A stretch of 32,000 nucleotides of DNA from Candidatus Saccharimonadota bacterium (GTDB lineage Bacteria; Patescibacteriota; Saccharimonadia; Saccharimonadales; Saccharimonadaceae): NCBI GenBank assembly GCA_039920285.1, contig JBDSDX010000001.1, positions 630,001 through 662,000 on the forward strand. The letters run 5' to 3'. Of the stretch, positions 27,289 through 32,000 are shown piece after piece. The notes below the pieces were generated by a model. It ran no database searches. It saw nothing but the letters and a program-made list of their open reading frames with translations, and was not told where the DNA came from. The position numbers and the translations under genes were made by a program. Numbering within the stretch: the first letter of the stretch is position 1; the number at the start of each line of letters is the position of its first letter.

Positions 27289-27687
27289 TTAGGCTTTCTT
27301 GAATCTTGTTTTAAAGACGGTCAGTTGGTGGGCAATGGTCTGGTCAAATTCATAGCCCGGTAGGTTAATTTTCACACCACCAATAACAGATGGGTCAACG
27401 GCTGTATCGACAGTGACGGTCATGGCTTTGGTTTTCTTCATAATGAATGCTGTGATAGCTTTTTTGGTTTCAGCACTGAGATCAAAGGCTGAAATTACTG
27501 TCGCGCTGATGATGCCGTTTTGTGATAAGAAGTAATTCACATCCCGCACAATCAGCTCAAGTTCTTTGGTGCGACGTGTTTCAACGAGATACGCGGCTAG
27601 CTGTTTGATCACCTTGTTACGACTGTCTTTCGCCATGTTATCGGCAACGTACAGTGACAGGCTCCGACGAGAGATTTTCCGAGCCAT
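27289..27687 (-). CDS. atpH: F1 ATP synthase delta (OSCP) subunit, short form
   Basis: 132 aa. Supported by its operon position between atpF and atpA and by the C-terminal [11 protein letters not shown] motif typical of delta. It is about 45 aa shorter than the usual bacterial delta. Confidence 0.75.
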   Translation of the reverse strand: MARKISRRSLSLYVADNMAKDSRNKVIKQLAAYLVETRRTKELELIVRDVNYFLSQNGIISATVISAFDLSAETKKAITAFIMKKTKAMTVTVDTAVDPSVIGGVKINLPGYEFDQTIAHQLTVFKTRFKKA

Positions 27688-28223
27688 TACTTACTCTCCT
27701 TAATCGCTGCTGCAATCAGGTCGGCGTCGATTGATTTTGTAAGCTTTGCACCGACAACTTTTTGTGTTGCCATAGCAACCAATTCAATCGTTTCGTTGTA
27801 GAGGTCTTTTTTAACATTCGCAACGTCTTTTTCAATCTGAGCTTGTGCATCTGCAACAATCTGCTCGGCATTTGTTCGTGCTTTTTGTTCACTATTAGTG
27901 ACAATCTCAGATGACTCAAGTTTCGCAGTGTCAACAATCTCAGCTGCTTGCTTACGCGCTTCTGCGAGTAGGGCAGCGACTTGTTCTTGATTCTTCACGA
28001 CCGCTTCTTGCGCTTTTGCTGCAGCTTTTACCGCTGCGTCAATATTCGCTTGTCGATCGTCAACGGATTTCATGAGCCATGGATACACGAATTTGCCCAG
28101 TAAAAATACGAGGATCAAAAACGCGATGATCTGCAAGATCAATAGTCGCCAGTCAATACCAAGCGCGACAAAAATATCGCTCTTCGATGCGGTGGTCTCA
28201 GCAAATTGGCTCAATGAATTCAT
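27687..28223 (-). CDS. atpF: Fo ATP synthase b subunit
   Basis: 178 aa. A single N-terminal TM helix followed by a long Ala/Glu/Lys-rich helix. Stop/start overlap TAATG with atpH. Confidence 0.85.
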   Translation of the reverse strand: MNSLSQFAETTASKSDIFVALGIDWRLLILQIIAFLILVFLLGKFVYPWLMKSVDDRQANIDAAVKAAAKAQEAVVKNQEQVAALLAEARKQAAEIVDTAKLESSEIVTNSEQKARTNAEQIVADAQAQIEKDVANVKKDLYNETIELVAMATQKVVGAKLTKSIDADLIAAAIKESK

Positions 28224-28232
28224 GTGTTGTGC

Positions 28233-28445
28233 CTACAGGAATTTCGCAATAATTGCCACGATGATACCGATAATTGCCAATGAGTCAGCAAAGACGATCG
28301 CGGTGATCATGAGGGTACGAATATCGCTTAGTTTTTCTGGGTTACGTCCGAAGGCGTTGAGTGCTCCTGCGCCAATGAGGCCAATACCGAGGGCTGCACC
28401 GAGTGCAGGTAGGGCGTAGGTCAGTCCGAATGCTAGTTGATCCAT
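28233..28445 (-). CDS. atpE: Fo ATP synthase c subunit
   Basis: 70 aa. Two-helix hairpin with a GRNPE loop and a helix-2 carboxylate (VFADSLAI). Confidence 0.9.
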   Translation of the reverse strand: MDQLAFGLTYALPALGAALGIGLIGAGALNAFGRNPEKLSDIRTLMITAIVFADSLAIIGIIVAIIAKFL

Positions 28446-28475
28446 TATTTCTCCTTAATTACTTGCTTAATTATA

Positions 28476-29282
28476 TCATTCTCTTGCGAGGACCTTCTTC
28501 TTAGGCTTCGCAGGTGAGTGAGCAGGTGAATCGCCGTGTGAGGTGACGGCGAGAGACGTAAAAATCAAAGTGAGAACAAAGAACACGTATGACTGAATAA
28601 AGCCGATGAAGAGTTCGAAGGCCATAAAGAACGGCAAGGTAACCGTCGCGAAGTAACTCGTCAGTACAGCAATCACAATCAAGAGGACTTCACCTGCAAA
28701 CGCATTTCCAAAAAGACGAAGTGCCAAGGCAGTTCCACGAGAAACTTCACCGATAAGTTCGAGTGCTCCCTCAAATGACCCAATTGGATCTTTCAAAGGA
28801 TTCTTAAAGTAGCGACGGCCATTTCCAAATATACCAAGATGTTTAATCGCGTACATCTGAACGGTCACGACAGTAATCAAAGCGAGTCCAAGTGTGAAGT
28901 TCAAATCAGATGCTAAGCTGCGCAGAACCGGCACACCATTCCATCGAATCGAATCAAGTCCTGGGATAACACTGAGCCAATAATTGATCAAAACCACAAA
29001 GAACATTGTGATAGCCAGTGGGGCTATTTTGCGACCAAGTTTTTTATCAGGAATAACATCATCTACTTGCTTAAGAAGTCCTTCGAAGACCCACTGCACC
29101 AGCCCGACAAAACGATTGTATTTACCACGTTTGACACGACTAGAAACGTAGAACAAGATCACTAACGTAATAAGTACACCCACGAATCCAGTAACTATGG
29201 CATTTGTGATTGGCAATCCCATAAAAGTAAAGAGCGTTTCAGAGGCAATCGAAATATGAAGATCAAGTGCAGCAAATGTCAT
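28476..29282 (-). CDS. atpB: Fo ATP synthase a subunit
   Basis: 268 aa and polytopic. Essential-Arg motif LALRLFGNAFAGE. Confidence 0.92.
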   Translation of the reverse strand: MTFAALDLHISIASETLFTFMGLPITNAIVTGFVGVLITLVILFYVSSRVKRGKYNRFVGLVQWVFEGLLKQVDDVIPDKKLGRKIAPLAITMFFVVLINYWLSVIPGLDSIRWNGVPVLRSLASDLNFTLGLALITVVTVQMYAIKHLGIFGNGRRYFKNPLKDPIGSFEGALELIGEVSRGTALALRLFGNAFAGEVLLIVIAVLTSYFATVTLPFFMAFELFIGFIQSYVFFVLTLIFTSLAVTSHGDSPAHSPAKPKKKVLARE

Positions 29283-29545
29283 TATCGTGATTTCCTAACA
29301 TCACGGATCTGCTTCGCGATCAGAAGAGCACTCACTAGCGTACCGATAATCATGAAGACTATAGTGGCGAAGGGGGCAATGTTAAACATATGATCAATTC
29401 CGATACCTAAAAAAGTTCCCCCGATGGTTGGCACAAAAGCCCTCCAGGTGGTGTCTAGGGCAGTAGCGAGCAACAACATCGACGCAGCATGCGGAGATTT
29501 TGTCGTCTGGCTTACCGGTTTAATCGGACGAGGCGACTGAGACAT
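29282..29545 (-). CDS. atpI: AtpI/AtpZ-like small membrane protein
   Basis: 87 aa with two TM helices. It is the first gene of the operon, and its stop overlaps the atpB start (TAATG). Confidence 0.6.
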   Translation of the reverse strand: MSQSPRPIKPVSQTTKSPHAASMLLLATALDTTWRAFVPTIGGTFLGIGIDHMFNIAPFATIVFMIIGTLVSALLIAKQIRDVRKSR

Positions 29546-29556
29546 AATATGTTCCT

Positions 29557-29585
29557 ATTTTAACAGGGAAGGGAGGAGTTGTACA
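29557..29585 (-). promoter_or_regulatory. Candidate atp operon promoter
   Basis: The reverse strand reads TGTACA, 17-nt spacer, (TGT)TAAAAT, 11 nt before ATG 29545. Confidence 0.35.
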
Positions 29586-29599
29586 GTCATGGCTCGTGA

Positions 29600-32000
29600 T
29601 TAATGGAGTGCAGTTACTGAGAAGGTGCCACTTGTCGTAAATGTGTGTATCGTTCGTCCACCAGAAGTTGTAACAGTACCACCGGTCGCTGCAATTGTTC
29701 CTATAGGATACGAAATAATAACGATACCAGATCCGCCCGTACCACCAGTGCCCGAGGCGCTACAACTCGCGAGTTGCGTTGCACCACCACCGCCGCCACC
29801 AGTGTTCGCGGTACCATTGATACCATTACCGGTACCACTTGCGCCACCTGCGCCGCCGCCGCCAACACCACCCGCACCGGGTGCAAGACCACGGCTACAG
29901 CCATAATCACCGCCACCGCCACCGCCGCCGCCATATATAACTGAACTGCCAGACAAGGTAGAACTAATACCAGCACCACCTACACCCGAAGTACCAGGGC
30001 TTGGCGTACTAGCGCTTCCGCCGACTCCACTGGCACCACCACCGCCTGAGGCAGGGTATTGACCGCTATACTGTCCTGCAGTACCACCACTATTTCCTTG
30101 GCTTGGAATCCCAGTTGCAAGATATGCAGTAGACGACGCGCCGCGCCCACTTCCGCCGCCGCTTCCGCCGTTCGATCCATTTGCCCAATTTCCCGCACCA
30201 CCACCTACAGCCGTGAGACCAAAGACGGTTGTATCGACACCGTTCGTTTGCGCAGCTCCGCCAGCGCCAATCGTGACACTATAGAGACCGACTGAAGTAA
30301 TTGCAGGTGTTGACGTCAAAACGCCACCAGCACCGCCTCCACCTGAAGCCCCCGCAATGCCACCGCCGCCACCACCGCCGACAAGCAATACATCTACTGA
30401 AGGATAAAGCACACCAATAATGAAGGTGCCGCTCGAATAGAAGGTGTGGACGGTTTGGCCACCCACTGTCGTGATTGTTCCACCTGTTGCGGTCATACTT
30501 CCGATCGGATAGGAGATAACGACAATACCAGACCCGCCATTACCACCTTTATTAGTGAGGTTATAGTGTGCGCCACCACCGCCACCGCCACCAGTGTTCG
30601 CCCCAGCATTTCCACCAGGCGTATTGGCCTGTGCAACCGTCGCGCCACCACCGCCAGGAGAACCAGCGTTCAAGCCTGCACCACCTGTTGTTACCCCGAT
30701 CGCGCCACCGCCACCGCCACCATTTCCACCGTTTCCACCAATACCTGTGTAGCCAGATCCGCCACCACCACCGCCCCAGTAATAATTAGGTCCGAGAATA
30801 TTGTTTGCGACACCAATGCCACCTGTGCCAGGGTTAATTGTGCCTGCACCTCCTGCGCCGCCACCGCCACCAGGGTAATAACAACCTCCCGCAGCGCCAC
30901 CCTTAAATCCTTGTCCAAAGACTCCGACAGCTGAATACACTTGGTTACATCCAGCCGTTCCACCGCCTGAAGCACCTGAGAAAGGAGCATTTCCTAATGA
31001 GCCGTCCGTTGAGTAGTCTGAGCCACCACCGCCGCCACCAAAAGCGGTGATAGAACCGAATGTCGAATTTCCTCCACTCTTACCCGATAACTGAGCTGCG
31101 CCCGCAAGCGCTCCAGGACCACCCACTCCAACCACAACGTTAACAGATCCCCGTGCTGTGTATGTCCCGTTATATATGACGCCGCCACCGCCACCGCCAC
31201 CGCCCATCTCACCGCCGCCACCGCCACCGCCACCAACTACCAAAGCAGAAACGGTTCCCGTAGCGAGTGCGTCAGGTGTCGGAACGAAGGACGCATCGTA
31301 CGAATAATAATCTTTGCTTGGCAACCAGACATTGTTCGTCGACCAGTTATAGTCGGTCTGACTGAGCACTAAATTATCTGAGGCACGCCACGCCGTGAAG
31401 TAGAAGTAAGGACTTCCTCCGGCTGCTCTCTGTTTCACAGCAAAACTATGGTCACCTGGTTGCAACGTGACCGAATATCGAGTCACAAAGGCCGAAGTTC
31501 CCGTACCAATCTTATTTCCGTCAAGAAATATTTCACAATCAAATGTACAAGCAAAGCCTATATTTACCGGCGTTGCGACTGATACTGATACCTTACGATT
31601 ATCCCTAAAGTAGGCATACCCCGTACCCGCTGCAGCGGGCGTCGTGATGCCCTTGGCGGCTAAGTTTTCAGCCCAAGCAAGGTGAGTCCATAGTCGTGCT
31701 GGTTGCCACGAGCTAGGATCGGCGTAGTAGTCTGGAGAGCTAAAATGTTCACTATCTCCTGTACTCACACGCCAGTCAGAATCAGTCACAATCAAGGGAA
31801 TACTACTATCTGACTTCTTTATTGCAGCAATAAAACGAGACGCACGAGGTTCAAATGTCTGATTCGTCAGTTCTACCACGATCGTATTACAGCCAGGGAG
31901 AAGGCCAACGGAACCAGAGCCTTGGGAGCCATCTGAATTAAATAATTTTGTCCCATTAATAAATACATCAGCTGAATCTAAATTCGACGGTGTATACGCA
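29600..32000 (-). CDS. Very large glycine-rich repeat protein (C-terminal >800 aa; N-terminus beyond window)
   Basis: The frame stays open upstream of the track's GTG 31879 to position 32000 (...DVFINGTKLFNSDGSQGSGSVGLLPGCNTIVVELTNQ). The N-terminal part has beta-sandwich-like repeats. Two Gly-rich modules follow (aa 209-488 = nt 30416-31255; aa 495-757 = nt 29609-30397). Each starts (L)VVGGGGGGG and ends GG(N/T)GGSGIV(V/I)ISYPIG..ATGGT.TT.GG.T.HTF..SGTF. Confidence 0.85.
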   Translation of the reverse strand, partial: AYTPSNLDSADVFINGTKLFNSDGSQGSGSVGLLPGCNTIVVELTNQTFEPRASRFIAAIKKSDSSIPLIVTDSDWRVSTGDSEHFSSPDYYADPSSWQPARLWTHLAWAENLAAKGITTPAAAGTGYAYFRDNRKVSVSVATPVNIGFACTFDCEIFLDGNKIGTGTSAFVTRYSVTLQPGDHSFAVKQRAAGGSPYFYFTAWRASDNLVLSQTDYNWSTNNVWLPSKDYYSYDASFVPTPDALATGTVSALVVGGGGGGGGEMGGGGGGGGVIYNGTYTARGSVNVVVGVGGPGALAGAAQLSGKSGGNSTFGSITAFGGGGGGSDYSTDGSLGNAPFSGASGGGTAGCNQVYSAVGVFGQGFKGGAAGGCYYPGGGGGAGGAGTINPGTGGIGVANNILGPNYYWGGGGGGSGYTGIGGNGGNGGGGGGAIGVTTGGAGLNAGSPGGGGATVAQANTPGGNAGANTGGGGGGGAHYNLTNKGGNGGSGIVVISYPIGSMTATGGTITTVGGQTVHTFYSSGTFIIGVLYPSVDVLLVGGGGGGGIAGASGGGGAGGVLTSTPAITSVGLYSVTIGAGGAAQTNGVDTTVFGLTAVGGGAGNWANGSNGGSGGGSGRGASSTAYLATGIPSQGNSGGTAGQYSGQYPASGGGGASGVGGSASTPSPGTSGVGGAGISSTLSGSSVIYGGGGGGGGDYGCSRGLAPGAGGVGGGGAGGASGTGNGINGTANTGGGGGGATQLASCSASGTGGTGGSGIVIISYPIGTIAATGGTVTTSGGRTIHTFTTSGTFSVTALH

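Noticed and set aside
29625-30990. Multiple ORFs on both strands inside the Gly-rich gene, and the visual periodicity of ccgccaccgcc tracts (a CRISPR-like or tandem-repeat impression).
   Set aside because: They are out-of-frame or antisense readings of poly-Gly codons (Pro/Ala/Thr/Arg/Val-rich shadows). The repeats have no constant repeat/spacer unit and all lie within one long intact reading frame.

Overview
This is a 32-kb gene-dense bacterial window that uses the standard genetic code (TGA, TAA and TAG all act as stops). All functional calls rest on motif recognition by eye; no database search was possible.

Likely source: the gene content fits a reduced-genome Patescibacteria/CPR organism such as Saccharibacteria. 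The supporting features are a phosphoketolase plus acetate kinase module, two proteins with type IV prepilin N-termini fused to large extracellular domains, a huge glycine-rich protein, and very short intergenic spacers. This assignment is inference only.

Layout:
- 1-1772 (-): xfp (partial) and ackA, translationally coupled.
- 1.8-2.1 kb: hairpin-rich spacer with a possible 23-codon ORF.
- 2139-5212: flotillin and a divergent membrane-anchored unknown. This stretch looks more GC-rich than its surroundings.
- 5.3-8.7 kb: tRNA-Gln(CUG) followed by four more direct copies of its 3' end. The four intervals hold one gene each: YciI-like, ICMT-like methyltransferase, pilin-FGE fusion, and serine hydrolase.
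- 8.7-21.6 kb: MFS transporter, m5U RNA methyltransferase, small membrane protein, DEAD-box helicase, pilin-FN3x3 protein plus a coupled membrane protein, an unknown, a UvrD-type helicase with a C-terminal PD-(D/E)XK nuclease, a ~70% GC mini-locus with a 51-codon Ala-rich ORF, Dus, and a PlsC-like acyltransferase.
- 21744-22712 (-): a MazG-like unknown.
- 22764-29545 (-): a complete F1Fo ATP synthase operon (atpI/Z-B-E-F-H-A-G-[extra ORF]-D-C).
- 29600-32000 (-): a >800-aa glycine-rich two-module protein that runs off the window.

I saw no rRNA, CRISPR array, transposase, integrase or phage genes.

The best candidate for something undescribed is the tRNA-3'-end-delimited single-gene cassette array, which has no recombinase nearby. 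Secondary candidates are the extra ORF locked between atpG and atpD, the pilin-enzyme and pilin-adhesin fusions, the GC-aberrant Ala-rich mini-gene behind a near-consensus promoter, and the recurrent extended -10 boxes 6-7 nt from ATG, which suggest leaderless mRNAs.
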